Source of the DNA: Paramoeba atlantica
Taxonomy: Eukaryota > Protista > Discosea
Assembly (NCBI GenBank): GCA_977017575.1
Contig: CDRNVI010000043.1
Location: forward strand, 186,001 to 250,000
DNA: 64,000 nt
Reading direction: 5' to 3'
The notes under the pieces were generated by a model, which saw only the letters and a program-made list of their open reading frames with translations, was not told the DNA's origin and made no database searches. Of the stretch, positions 44,174 to 56,700 are shown in pieces. The stretch's first letter is position 1. Each line of letters starts with the position of its first letter. A program made the translations under genes and the position numbers.

Positions 44174-44925
44174 TATACACCCATGGACAGAAGTGTGCCC
44201 CCGGCCTGGCAAATGTGAATTTTTTTTACCCGTTTTTTCTCATTTTTGCAGCATTCGAGAGATCTCGTTCCCCTAGCGAAGAGCTTTGCCGCCTTTGCTT
44301 CATAGGGACCCCCTGGTACCCCCTGTTTCCAAAAAACATGGTTTTATTGCCCGTTTTTTGGAACACAGTCAATTTCTCTAGTATATTATCTTTTTTTCTA
44401 CCTGTTTTTTCTTCATGAGGACCCTGCCTCGTATAAATCATAACGAAACATCGTTTTGTCGATTTCGGAGCGAACAGAGATAGTCAAACAGCATAAATCC
44501 ACACAACTTTGTAGTTTTAAGCCACACAACTATGTAACCCTGACAAAGGCCACAGGAAAGGCGTTTAATGCTCTAAAACGTGCCCCACATAGATAGAAGG
44601 TGTTGAATTCCATCAAATCTGTTCCTAAACGTATGCAAATAGTTATTCAGACCAATGGGGAGCATTGCGGATATTGATACTTCTTCCTTTTTTCTCATTT
44701 TCTCATTGAAAGGGTGATTTTTTTTCTAGATGTCTAATGCACCATTTTTTGTTTTTGGTCTACTTCGGGGTCACCACCAGAGCACCAGGGGGTCCCTATG
44801 AAAAAAAGGCGGCAAAGCTCTTCGCTAGGGGAACGAGATCGCTCGAATGCTGCAAAAATGAGAAAAAACGGATAAAAAAATGGCATTTGCCAGACCGGGG
44901 GCACACTTCTGTCCATGGGTGTATA
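44174..44925. mobile_element. MITE with ~150-bp TIRs
   Basis: TA-tacacccatggacagaagtgtgcccccgg...cataggg mirrored at 44785-44925. Confidence 0.85.
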
Positions 44926-47553
44926 TTATATTTCCTCCTTTCTCGTCTTTGTTGTCTATGAAGCCGAAAGAAGTGGAGAAATGCATTGCCCTGTATAAAC
45001 TTTGGTTCAAAAGAACCACGTGGAAGGAACGTCTGCAATCATTACTCCTCTGTCCAAAAATTCGGGCAGTGCCTGCCGAATATAAATGAAAAGGAAAATG
45101 AAAGTGAATTGTTTTATCATGCACTTATAGTGCAGAGATTTACTCACCATGTCCTTATCCCGCATACGACGGGTGGATCATGTGAGGTTTCGTCCTCGCC
45201 GGAGGTGTGCGGGTGCGGAGAGCTGGCGTCCCAGGTGCAGAGAGCTCGGTTGTCATGTGCAGGTGCAGAGAGCCGGATGCGTAATCCCCATATTACAGTT
45301 TCGGGGGCAATCCGGGTGCAGAGAGCTGCGACAGAGCCGAGGTGCGGAGAGCTGGGCGACCGCCAGGTGCAGAGAACCGAGTCTCGTCGGCGGAGGACAC
45401 GTCTAGTGGTCCTCAAGGGAGGCCACCGTGACGCATGGCCCTCTCGGAGAGGAAAAAGACAAGTCGAAAAAAGCCGAGAGGGGGAAGCACACTCACTCCA
45501 GGGGAGTGAGTCGGGGAGGGGTGAAGGGGTGAAAGCGCGTCCCCTGCTTCAGCGACATGAGGGACAGTTCCGACTTTAGTGCCGGCCGGCAACGGGCATA
45601 AAAATACAGTAAGAGCATGCCCGTTGCCGGGGAAAGAAAGGATTAACTAAGGAAAAAGTACCAAGGTACAGAAACTGTATCTTTCGAAAAAGAGGAACAA
45701 TGTGAGCAATATATTTACTATCCCCCTTATTTAATAGGGCTACGTGTCACCCGCCCTTTAATAGGGCTATTTTGTCTGGAAGGCCAAAAATTATTTCTGG
45801 GAAAGTGCCAATAAGTTGTCGAATGCGCCGCGAAGCGGCGTATTTTCTTTTCCGCATCTACCCCAACAACCAAAAGTGTATCAAAAGGGAGTAGGACCCT
45901 GTTTCACAACGATAAAAAAAGCACCGCGAAGCGGCGCCGATTTTTTTTCCATATTATTTTCCATCTCCACCCCCCCCCACTTTATTTGGGCTTTTTGCCC
46001 AAAATCGGAGTCCTATTAAATAGGGGGGGATAGTATATGAAAGAGGCAGAAGAAACAGCAACGGAGGCAGAAGACACAGAGTCATGAAACTTGATCCAAA
46101 GTTTCATGAATATGTGAAGGAATGTGTGAAGTGAGGGGTGGTTTAAGGAGTGTGAATTAAGATGTATGTTGAAGACGGAGTCAAATTTTATTATTTTCAT
46201 AATTATTTGTGACAGAAGTGGAGTCCTAAGGAGGATTTGTGCTCGAAAATCTGGCATAAAAGAAAATTTTGTGATAAAAGATGAAGTTGTGTCTGAAAAA
46301 TGCATGAGCACGTTTTTCTATATACAGTATTGTATTTTTTAGGAATGGGCGCAACATAACCCGTCTGTAGCCGTTAATTCGATAGAGCGGTCTTTCTGTG
46401 GTAAGGTACGGTACTCACATACACCGTACACATGTATGTGCATGAGGACAAAGAGCGGACTGTGATATTGAATGCGTGATGTGTCCACAGCGACGACACT
46501 TGAGATGGAGATAGTGACCCATGCTATCCTTCATGCGTGGATCATTTCCTTCGTGCTTTTGTCTCCAACGAGCGCACACAGGATCATCCGGTGAGCAAAT
46601 TGCGTCCTACCAACAGGTCTGTACACTGGAACTATTTTAAATCGTAAATAATTTAGGAGGGAAGAACCTGTGTGTCTCCGAGTGGCTGAAGTCTTTGCTG
46701 GAGACTGGGGAACGTAATGTTGTTGCACAGCCGCCTTTCTCCCAATGCGTTGTACGCCGCTCGGCGTTCTCTGCAGGACTGCAACTCACCAGTCTCGGGT
46801 GTAATGTCCCGAGAGGAACTTTCCTCGTTTGTGGGAAGTGATGTGCCCCACCGTTTTCGGGAGCGAAGCACAATAGAATAAGGTTTGGTTGAATAAGAAA
46901 ATTAGATTTTCTCTAATAGATACCAAATTTCTCAAATAGAACTAAATAAATGATTTCAAGAGACATGATTCCATTCTACATACGTTTCCATTGTCACATA
47001 ATGTTTTCATTATCACTGGTTAACCATTAATTCATTGGTTAATTAATTAATTGACTATTAGGGTATGATTATCGTACCACTATTGCAGTATTGAAACATT
47101 CTCTCAATAGTACTCCATGTAACTAAACGTGCCGCATTGATGACCACTCTTTCCAACAGAAAATATCAATTTAAGCTCTTTTTTCGCGATCAGTTTAAAA
47201 TATAGTTTAAAATATTTAGAAGAATATCAAATAGAAAGAAGATAAATGATGAATCAGATTGGGGCAAGATATTTTAAGATTTTTCATTTCGCAAGACTTT
47301 TTTGTACTAACCTCTTATGAGAATATAAATACTTATGATGATGGAAATTTCAAACTTCGACTAAACAGGGAATTGTCGACTCTTAAATTATGGAGGATAT
47401 TACTGTAACCAATTAAAACATTTACAAAACAAATACTAATGCTAAACTCTACAAAAATTATATGCTGGGAAACATAGATTGTATTAGACAACAAAACTGT
47501 AGACTTCAATGGTTCGAATTTTAGAAAGAATACATGGGCACTTGTGTTTTCCG

Positions 47554-48483
47554 CTAGCAAGAAAGCTCAAACACCATTGGGTGCATCGGTAACTTAACTT
47601 TATGCCAATTCGGATGGAGACGAGGTCTTCGTGCAATTTCAAAGAAATTTAATTGATTGCGTTCTTCTTCGTTCCGGGCATACCAGAAACACAGAGTATC
47701 AGACATTACGGCTTTGTGTAAACTAATTATTCGGCGTACCTGATCTGACGTATGCACATGAACGAAAAACTGACCATCGGATCGCCCATGCATAGCATAA
47801 ACTAATGCTGGCTCAACTCCCGTAAGAGAGTGCACAAGACAGAAAATCGCCCTGGTTCCAATACCTCGCCTTGCCTGTGCTACGAACAACTTTTTAGTAG
47901 TTGCTTCGACCTGCCTTACTTCATAGCAGTCCAATGGAGGACAGGGAGATACGTCAGCAGCAGCAAAGCAATTCACTAAGTGCGGTGGCAATACGACACG
48001 GAGGCAAAACGGCGACAATTCTTCGAAATAATTCACAGTGGTTTGTAAAGAGCATGCGTAATGACTACAATACGGATGTGGCGTTGATACTTGTGTGTGG
48101 ATGGGGTTCATGTGGGACTGGAACGCAGGAATAGGCCGAAAGGGCGGATATACGTCTGAAGGGACATACGGATTTTCAGTGGAATGGTCATTGGGCATGA
48201 GGGTAACCTTTTCTTCCGGATATACGCGGTTTACGTATCCCAAGCTGCACACCATGGAATCATTCACATACGTCAACGGCGTCGAAAAATACATTGATGC
48301 GGGGTATACTGTCGGGTTCGCGCTGTACGACGTATTGACGTATGTGAATGGTTCCATGTGGGCAGTTTGGGATACAGAGACCGACACATCAGGATGAAAA
48401 TAGTGTTGATCGCTACGGGGCCACATGAACGACGTTAAACAGGTATGTAAATAACTATTTCGATATAGCTTAGGCAGTTGCAT
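47554..48483 (-). CDS. Kinetoplastid-type hypothetical protein with C-terminal RRM-like domain
   Basis: LFVAQ...LHKAVMSD...FWYARNEEE...KLPMHPMVFE pattern recalled from kinetoplastid paralogue families; low-complexity N-terminus. Confidence 0.6.
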   Translation of the reverse strand: MQLPKLYRNSYLHTCLTSFMWPRSDQHYFHPDVSVSVSQTAHMEPFTYVNTSYSANPTVYPASMYFSTPLTYVNDSMVCSLGYVNRVYPEEKVTLMPNDHSTENPYVPSDVYPPFRPIPAFQSHMNPIHTQVSTPHPYCSHYACSLQTTVNYFEELSPFCLRVVLPPHLVNCFAAADVSPCPPLDCYEVRQVEATTKKLFVAQARRGIGTRAIFCLVHSLTGVEPALVYAMHGRSDGQFFVHVHTSDQVRRIISLHKAVMSDTLCFWYARNEEERNQLNFFEIARRPRLHPNWHKVKLPMHPMVFELSC

Positions 48484-48813
48484 TTACCGAAGTATTGGAA
48501 AAAAATGCAGAGCACGTTTCATAACACTGGTTAATTACTAAAATCGAAGTGAATGATACGTGGAATTTATACATGAATGTTTCGTCTAGACTCACGAAAG
48601 TATGACGTCCGTGTGAGGTCGTTGATGAAATACATTGTAAAATTATACCGCAGTATTTGTTTTGGCGATAAGATGAAGCAATTCTTTTGTGACACGAAGT
48701 CCCAAATATTCCGACAATCGTCTCTTAGTCCATTGCACTGGTGACGCGTCCACTACATGGTGAGCATTGCCCGTATCAATCCCTTTTGAAGTTGCAGGGT
48801 AAACGCCTCGATA

Positions 48814-51426
48814 CTACGATGCGACTTCCGACCTACGTTGAAAACCATATTTATAGTATAATACTGGGGACGCATCTTTTATCCATTCTGGAAGTATTGG
48901 AGCGCAGTGCATCATGAAATTTGCTTTTGTGCAGCGTAAGTGATGATACATAACGTATGTTGGCAACGGTCTCTTCTTTGCCAATGAACTAGAAGGGTGT
49001 ATCTTGAGCTCCAGACCAGGTTTTGTCACATTCTCGTACGTATCTCCATAGCGTCTCAGTCTTGCGATGTTTTGAGCGTATCCACCAATCAATGATTTCA
49101 TGACATCACTATGTTCTTTGTAGCTCTTCACGAGTATATTCGTCCGATCTAATAATCTCAGCAGTTGGTTTCGAATATTACAGGCCCTTTGCAATATTCT
49201 GTATTGGACAAAATGATTAATACACCAACTTTCCGATCGACCACTATCTTCCCATTGTTCAAAGATTTCAAGGAATAATATCATATCACCGTGCCCCCGG
49301 TCGAAATTAGCAATGGTAGATTGAAAAGCAGATCGGAGACGTGAATTCTGCCCTACTTGAAACAAACTCGTGTCCAAAGTTGCTAACAAAGCCACCACAA
49401 TTGTAAGTTCATGAGAACATTCGTATTTTTCAGCGCGTACCAGCGACTTTGAAAGCCTAGGATCAAGTGGAAACTCCGCCATGCGCTTTCCTAAGGTAGT
49501 GAGTTCTCCGTCATCATCCAAAGCTTCAAGAAAGTGTAGATCTGTAAAAGCTTGAGTTATGTTCTCAGGACATGGAGAATCAATAAATTCAAAATCTAAA
49601 AAGTTTGCTACACCCAAAGCTTTCACATCCAGTACTAGGTGTGCTATGTCCGTCCGCTGCACTTCGGGGATAATGGCAAGCGCGAGGTCATTGTCATATG
49701 AGGATCGCGTATACAGTCGGTAGCAAATTCCAGGCTTAGTACGACCTGCCCGACCACGCCTTTGCTCCGCTCCGGCCTGAGAAATCGGCACCACTAAAAG
49801 ACGTTCCATATTTGCTTTCGAGTCGTACCACGTTTGTTTACAGAAGCCACAATCAATGACGTAAACAATTCCGTCGATAGTCAGCGATGTTTCAGCAATA
49901 TTCGTAGCTAATACGACTTTTCGGGCTCCTTGGGGTGTAGGTTCAAATATTCGTCTTTGTAAATCGGAAGGAAGAGCCCCGTAAACAGGGAAAATAAGTA
50001 TTTCACGCAAGAAATGCTGCATAGATGAGAGTTTTTCTTGTATAATACCTTCACACCTTGTGATTTCCTCTTGCCCTGTCAAAAAAACAAGTATATCACC
50101 CTGCGGCTCGTGCTCATGAATCTGTAAAATAGTTGCCGCAGAGGCCTCTACATAATCTAGTAATGGAATTTGTGCAAATTTTACTGCTACCGGAAACAAA
50201 CGCCCCGTGACGTGAAGAACGGCTGCATTTTCAAAGTAGCTGCTTAATTTTATAGCTTGTAATGTTGCAGATGCAATCACAACGGTTAAAGGATTACTTG
50301 TATTCCTCCTTACTCTCCAGGTTTCGCGAACGAATCCCAGCAGAACGTCAGTATGTAGCGCTCGCTCATGCGCTTCATCAATCACTACGGCCGACACGTT
50401 TTCCAGCATCGGATCGGAAATATACTCTCGTAGTAGCATACCATCTGTCATGTAAATAAGTTTTGTGTCTGGAGCAAGCCTTTCATCGAATCGGACTTTA
50501 TAGCCCACGCTTGAGCCTAGTGCGACACCGCACTCATAAGCCACGCGGGCCGAAACGCTCATAGCGGCCACTCGTCTGGGTTGAGTACAAATCACACGCT
50601 TGGAACTATCACACGTGTATCCAGTCTCTACCAGGTACTGTGGAATTTGGGTTGATTTCCCACACCCCGTTTCTCCCTGTAGAATGAGAACATGTTCGTC
50701 CTTCAGTCGTTTCAAGATTTCACTTCGATAATTATAAATGGGCAAGGTTTTACGAAAGTCATCGATACTGAGAATTTTTAAAGTATCTTCGGGTTCATCA
50801 CGTGGTACTTGGTACTTTGAGTAATGATTGTATTTGTCACTAGTAAAAGCTATTTCATCTTGAAGAAGGGCTTGTACCGCGTGTTTGTCGGGAACAAAGG
50901 TCCTAGCAACAGTAGTAAGTTCGACGCCGGAAGCTTCTATTTTTTTCTGTTCTAGTAACTTTTGCTGCTGCAGGGCAGTTGTGGCATGGTAATCGTCAAA
51001 GGTTGCATCATCCCCCATTAGTGCTCCAACCTGTTTTTCATTTCTATCCCCCAAGCTTTCCAGTGACGTGGCTTGAGGAAGACGATACGATGAATCTCGA
51101 GTACCAGTGGGCTCAAAAGATTTCGCGATCGCGACGCTATCTATGACCTTACGATATTTTGCAAGCTCCACCGAAGAAAGTGGTTTATTCTTTATTTCGG
51201 CTTCTAAATATTCCGCAATTTTCGATTCTTCTTTGAAAACCCGTGGAGCAATTCGCGAAAAAAAGTTCTGACGAGACAAACTTTCCTGACGCTCCCAATC
51301 TGAATCTTTATACGCTTTTGCATGTGCCCGCGGTGTGAGCTCGTGATCCCGTAATCTTTTCACCTGTTCCTTGCGAATCTCTCGCTTACGCTCGTTTAAA
51401 TCTTTTATCCATTCATTTTCACCCAT
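48814..51426 (-). CDS. Spliceosomal DEAH-box RNA helicase (PRP2/DHX16- or PRP22-like)
   Basis: GETGCGKST, TQPRRVAA, DEAHER, SAT, TNIAETSLT, QRRGRAGR. Confidence 0.92.
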   Translation of the reverse strand: MGENEWIKDLNERKREIRKEQVKRLRDHELTPRAHAKAYKDSDWERQESLSRQNFFSRIAPRVFKEESKIAEYLEAEIKNKPLSSVELAKYRKVIDSVAIAKSFEPTGTRDSSYRLPQATSLESLGDRNEKQVGALMGDDATFDDYHATTALQQQKLLEQKKIEASGVELTTVARTFVPDKHAVQALLQDEIAFTSDKYNHYSKYQVPRDEPEDTLKILSIDDFRKTLPIYNYRSEILKRLKDEHVLILQGETGCGKSTQIPQYLVETGYTCDSSKRVICTQPRRVAAMSVSARVAYECGVALGSSVGYKVRFDERLAPDTKLIYMTDGMLLREYISDPMLENVSAVVIDEAHERALHTDVLLGFVRETWRVRRNTSNPLTVVIASATLQAIKLSSYFENAAVLHVTGRLFPVAVKFAQIPLLDYVEASAATILQIHEHEPQGDILVFLTGQEEITRCEGIIQEKLSSMQHFLREILIFPVYGALPSDLQRRIFEPTPQGARKVVLATNIAETSLTIDGIVYVIDCGFCKQTWYDSKANMERLLVVPISQAGAEQRRGRAGRTKPGICYRLYTRSSYDNDLALAIIPEVQRTDIAHLVLDVKALGVANFLDFEFIDSPCPENITQAFTDLHFLEALDDDGELTTLGKRMAEFPLDPRLSKSLVRAEKYECSHELTIVVALLATLDTSLFQVGQNSRLRSAFQSTIANFDRGHGDMILFLEIFEQWEDSGRSESWCINHFVQYRILQRACNIRNQLLRLLDRTNILVKSYKEHSDVMKSLIGGYAQNIARLRRYGDTYENVTKPGLELKIHPSSSLAKKRPLPTYVMYHHLRCTKANFMMHCAPILPEWIKDASPVLYYKYGFQRRSEVAS

Positions 51427-51992
51427 TTATCAGTACATATTAAATGCTTGACTAAAGAAAAAGGGAATGTGTTACAACAATGAAATGATTGTATTCAAAA
51501 ACTGTATATTGAATTTTATAAAGATAAACTTGATAAGGTTTTGATCGTTGGCTCATCAAAAAAAGTCAATTTGAGGAAGTTACATTGGTCTGTGTATACG
51601 TTCGGAGACTAAAATCTTAGGTTACGTAACTATAGAAAGTATTTAAACATTTTCTTATCAAACTCAAAAACAAAAACAAATCATAAGTTGGCTACGCCAA
51701 TAGACGGTAAGAATTTCACCAGCCTCGGGAACAATGTTTTTAAAGGTTCAAGCTATGCATAGGAGCAAAAAGAAATTGGTCACCCCAAATGATCAATGGG
51801 CAAATTTGTTTCTTAACTGCATCTTTAGAGACTGATATTCACTGCAGTTATTTGATGGTGAGAATAAAGGGCCGCACTGCGCATACATTCAAATATATAC
51901 ACTTACATAGTACTGTATTACATGTATGTACTTACATAGTACTGTAAATTAGGAAGCATTTGTTTACATTCGAGATATTCAACGAGAGCTGC

Positions 51993-53447
51993 TCAGTTGC
52001 TGAGTCCAAGCTGACGCAATGAAGGAACTACATCTACTTCTCCAGTGCTGAACATGCAAGGTGCCTGATTCAGGGCTTTTTGAAGTAGACAAAGAACTTG
52101 ATTAGGTCTGACGTTTCCTATAGCATCGAGAACGTCGCATCCAAGCTCTGTAGAATCACTCATACTCAAAGCGCAAGATGCAACATAATCGCTGTAGTCC
52201 CTCCTCAGTTCTAAATTGTCATGATAAAACCTGACAACAGCGCGGTGAAGAGCATGTGCAAAACTTTGTTCGAATAACTTAGCGCCTTTAGCACATTCTT
52301 GAACAATATCTATACCTTTTCTCATGTCCGTTTCGAAATGAAAAGGATCTGATCTTATAGTCAAACCAAATACACCAGCTGTTTCATAAGGATTGTAAAA
52401 CGTTCTAGCACCTTTGTCCAACCCATATTCAAGTCGAGATCCGTCTTGTAGGGCGGTACTCAGAAGCTGGTGAGTGACTAAACCCACTGCGTATTCCTCT
52501 GGAGCGCTAGCTCCAGCAGGTACTATCCAACCTAGAGCGCTAATCGTTTCATTGTCCATCGAAGGCTTAGATGTCATTTCCTTTTGACGCTTTTCAGGGT
52601 CAGCCGTTTCGCGCCCAGGGTGAAACTGCGCACTTTCATTTTTAGTTGAAATAGCCAAAGGAACTTCACTTTCTCGAAAATGGGGAGCCGTTTTTTGGTG
52701 TGGATACGGCGCTGTTTCATATGCTGCTACTAAAGTATCATGATCAATGTTGGTACCTACGATACACATGTTATGGGGGAGAAAACGAGTGCAGTACTGT
52801 TTCATTAGGTGATCTGGAGAGCAGTCGTCATTGCTATGTGGTGGGACAAGACGTGGCTGGCCGAGAGGCTCTTTGTAGAAACCAACGCACTCAAGACGTT
52901 GTGTGCAATACTCACGTGGAGCTTTCCAGCGCATTTCCTCATACACTGCATCCATCGCATCGCGGTAGCGCTGTACTTCAACTTCCATAAAACGAGGAAC
53001 AGCTACACAGTTACACATCATATGGAACAATGTCTGAAACTTGTCGCGCGGCACCTCTACTTTCCAACCAAGAATTTGTTTACGGATTTCAGTGTGCTCA
53101 AAACTCGCTCCTACGGAACGAAGCTGGCGATCGAATTGAAACATAGAGTCCTCCAAGTTCGAAAGCATGAGACCGCAACGCATGACGTAATTAAGCCCGG
53201 GGCGAGAAATAGGATCATATTTAGCACCAGCTTGTACATTATATATTCCGATGGATGACATACTTTCTCCAAAGTCTTGAGTAATAATTTGCGCCTCATT
53301 CGAAGCTGTGCTTCTTCGAAGTGAAGATTTGGCAGAGGGGGTCAGAGGAGAAATGTCATTATCTGCTTGCCTATATGAGAATCCCCAGGAGAGCTTCGGG
53401 TGAACGCTAAAAGGTGCGATTGATAGTGAAAGACTTCTGCAAAGCAT
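51993..53447 (-). CDS. PMPCA: Mitochondrial processing peptidase alpha subunit (M16, kinetoplastid-type)
   Basis: AGAKYDP, EEMRWKAPREY, FYKEPLGQPRLVP; no HxxEH, as expected for the alpha subunit. Confidence 0.85.
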   Translation of the reverse strand: MLCRSLSLSIAPFSVHPKLSWGFSYRQADNDISPLTPSAKSSLRRSTASNEAQIITQDFGESMSSIGIYNVQAGAKYDPISRPGLNYVMRCGLMLSNLEDSMFQFDRQLRSVGASFEHTEIRKQILGWKVEVPRDKFQTLFHMMCNCVAVPRFMEVEVQRYRDAMDAVYEEMRWKAPREYCTQRLECVGFYKEPLGQPRLVPPHSNDDCSPDHLMKQYCTRFLPHNMCIVGTNIDHDTLVAAYETAPYPHQKTAPHFRESEVPLAISTKNESAQFHPGRETADPEKRQKEMTSKPSMDNETISALGWIVPAGASAPEEYAVGLVTHQLLSTALQDGSRLEYGLDKGARTFYNPYETAGVFGLTIRSDPFHFETDMRKGIDIVQECAKGAKLFEQSFAHALHRAVVRFYHDNLELRRDYSDYVASCALSMSDSTELGCDVLDAIGNVRPNQVLCLLQKALNQAPCMFSTGEVDVVPSLRQLGLSN

Positions 53448-53758
53448 TATTAGAGAGTAAAATTATGTTCACATTTCATTATTGATGTTAATATCAACTT
53501 CTGTGTGTGCAGTTGCATCATTGTTCAACAATATAAGGTAGTTATATTTTTTATATATATACATCATTCCAGTACATGCAGGGTACATGTACAGGGCGTA
53601 CATGAGAGCCGTTTACACATTTGCAAAAGGTTCGACGAAAACCCCATACAGACCCTGCTCCCACTTCGGGACCCTGCTCCCACTTCCGCATCTTTTTCAA
53701 GGAAAGATTACACGCAAAAAAACTTCGTGCCACTGCAAGGAACATAAACTATGGAATG

Positions 53759-56700
53759 CTACCTGGATTCTATCTGTGACAGAGAGTTTATCAATAAATG
53801 AGCGTGCTTAGGCAATTCATTTTGCATGTTTGCGGACTCCACAGTATCCAAAAGCAAACGCGTATCGGTGGCAGACAAACATTTGACGATGCGCAAAGAA
53901 GATAACCAATCTTCCGTGTTTTTCAGGAGGAGCTGCACGATGGAGGCAAGTAATTTAATATCAATCTTGTTTCTCACTTTAGCTTGTGTTTTTGAGACAC
54001 CAGTAAGAGACATCGGAGCTGAAGACTCCTCAAGAGCAGGCTTTTCACGTAACATGAATTCTGCAGCAGTGAGTGCACACATCCAAAACGCATATGTACC
54101 TGCTCGTATTTGAATTTCCTTCAACTGTTTCAGTAAAAAAACAGATAACATTAGAGAAGAAAATGTGTGACACAGCGCGCTAAAAGTTTTAACTAGAGCA
54201 GGAACACACCCGTGATGAAATTTACGCAGCACGACGATCACAACCTTGGCATCCACGAGTCGCACAAGTTTGCGACTTCGAAGGACTCGTAATGACTCAC
54301 TCCAGGACCAATGAGTTTGTGAAAGTAAGGAGCACAGCTCTGTTGCGGAGTTTACGTGACTTAACGCCCGTAAAAGTGCGCTCTGTTCCTGCGCTGCCAT
54401 GTAAACGGGCATCAAATCCGTTTGAGGCCCTCGGGCATCAACATAATGCTCATATATTTGTAACGCGCGCTGTGCTTTGCCGGTATGAAGTAGTTGACTC
54501 ATAATCAATTGCAGAAATCGATGTCTGATACCCAGAGAACACAAAGGTTTTATGTGTTCCATTACACGGGTAGCATATTCCCAATTCGATGAAGTGAGTA
54601 TGTTCAACCATCTAAGAAGAATAGATGAATTCTCGAACACCACTGAGTGATTTTTCGCAAACAGTAGTACCGCTATCCACCAGCTATCCCTACTAATTCT
54701 CGAAATAGAAGTAAGTAATTGAGCTGCCAATGCTTCTTTGACTTCCTTTCGGACCGTTTCTTGTCTTCCCAAAAGATTCAAACATTGTCTCCAGCTTAAC
54801 TTCTTCGTGGAAAGTAAATCTTGCTGAAGGGCAATATCCTGTAGGGAAAACCACCACTCCTGCTTTAGGTCTAACGAACGTTCAATTAGCTTTGAAGAAA
54901 GATCAACAGATATTCGCGGCGCACGACAATGTAAGCATAATCGCAACAACGACGCAACTCGGTGATCCGTTAAAAATCGTTTTCCTACTCGCTCATGCAT
55001 CCAATTTGCAAGTGCTAGGACGGTTTTATTCTTATTGCTGTTCATTAAAGAGTGTAGACAAGAATACGCAATTGTAGGCAATAACTTCTCCGGGTGTGGT
55101 AGCTTCAATAAAACCTGCAATCCGACACTCCAATGAAAATAAAATAACTCCGTTTGTGCGTCCGCTTGAATTTCATCTGTGCAATTGATGCCAACGCGTG
55201 GTACTTCGTTTGATTCTCTAGACCTCTTTTGAAGACTTAAATCCATGGCGAATATTTGAAAAGTGTGTTGAATCAGTCCGGGTCGGTTGATCGATACATT
55301 TACAAGCACTTGACACCACTTTTTCAACGATCTTCTCGATATGCTGAGAGATAGAAAGGATGAGAGAATAATTTTCCATGGTGCACCACAAAAGTAGGCA
55401 CTGCCCCACAAATCATTGAGCAAATCTGATTCACCAGGTGCATGAGTATTAACCAATGTGAGGGCATCCTGCCACATGAAGCACGCAGACCCATGAGGAG
55501 TGTCAACGAGGACTCTAGAAAGCATTAGACGCTCCAGCAGAACATCTAATGGAGCGGGAAAATAATTTGTCGTAATCAAGCTCGCAGCTTCTTTCCAAGA
55601 AATATTACAACGCAAAATCTCTCGAAGACTTTCGTGAAGCATTCTTTTTGCAGACGCATAAACTTTCACTCCTTTGCATAAGAGACCGTACGGCAATGCG
55701 GTGGAAACAAGAATTTGCTGCTTTTCCTTTTTGGCTTGCTTGAGAACGGAAAAGTATTTTTCGATGGTATCCGACGGAATACTGCCCCAAGGTACGTCTA
55801 CAGTTTTCAAAATCTCATAATTTCGCAATAAACATTCCGAATTACGAGATAAAAGATCGAAAAATGCTAAATTAAGTGCAGAATACGTGAGGTTCAAAGA
55901 AAAGTCAAAGCGACCTTCCGCATTCTCTAGTTCGCTCTTTCGTAAAAATAACATTGATAAGGCCGTAAGTAGTAGGGAAGATGTTCCTGGAAGATCGCAA
56001 TCACCACGCCCACAAATAGTACGGAGGGAGCAAGCAACTAACCGTTGATCTGAAGAGAAATTAATCGCTGTGATACATAGTTTGATACACAAAGTAATTT
56101 CCTTATGATCTAGCAGTATCATTACCACTTCGCGCAAATATCCCATGATTGCTCTCTCACATGATGACAATTTGTGCGCCATTATAACGATATTTGCTGA
56201 GCTGCTGGAACCTAAAACAAGCTGTTCAGTTTGATCTACGATAAACTTCCAGTTGCGCGCTTCTAAGTGCTGTTTAAGCTTGCGATGCTCTGGACTATCG
56301 CAAACGCTTAGTGGAGGGAGGGGAATGTTGAAATCAAGACACGCGCGCCATGTGGACCGCCTAAGCCTATGATACAGAAGAGCAGTTCGCAGAACTTCTT
56401 TTACAGGTTGAGCAGCTTCTTTTTGGCCAGCATTTGGGAGCTGCGATCCACTTTTCAAAAAACCTCTGTTATAGAGGTTTTCATAGTCGTGAACCTCAGG
56501 TATGATCCCAAATGCAACGAAATCCAAAAGACAGTCTAATGGGTTCATCGTTACACTAATAATTTCTGACAGGCAGTGACTCAAAAAACTGGATTCAAGT
56601 TCAGCGAGCTCGTTTGCGCTTCTCTGACATTCCTTCTTCAATGAGACAAGATCCTTTTGCTGCACTTTCCGAAGCCAGCTCGGTATCAGCTGTGCTTCAT

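Noticed and set aside
45130-45205. Hammerhead-like CCGGCGAggacGAAAC on the minus strand
   Set aside because: The core deviates from CUGANGA and stems I and III do not close
45212-45377. CRISPR array
   Set aside because: 12-bp degenerate repeats, irregular short spacers, no cas genes, eukaryotic context
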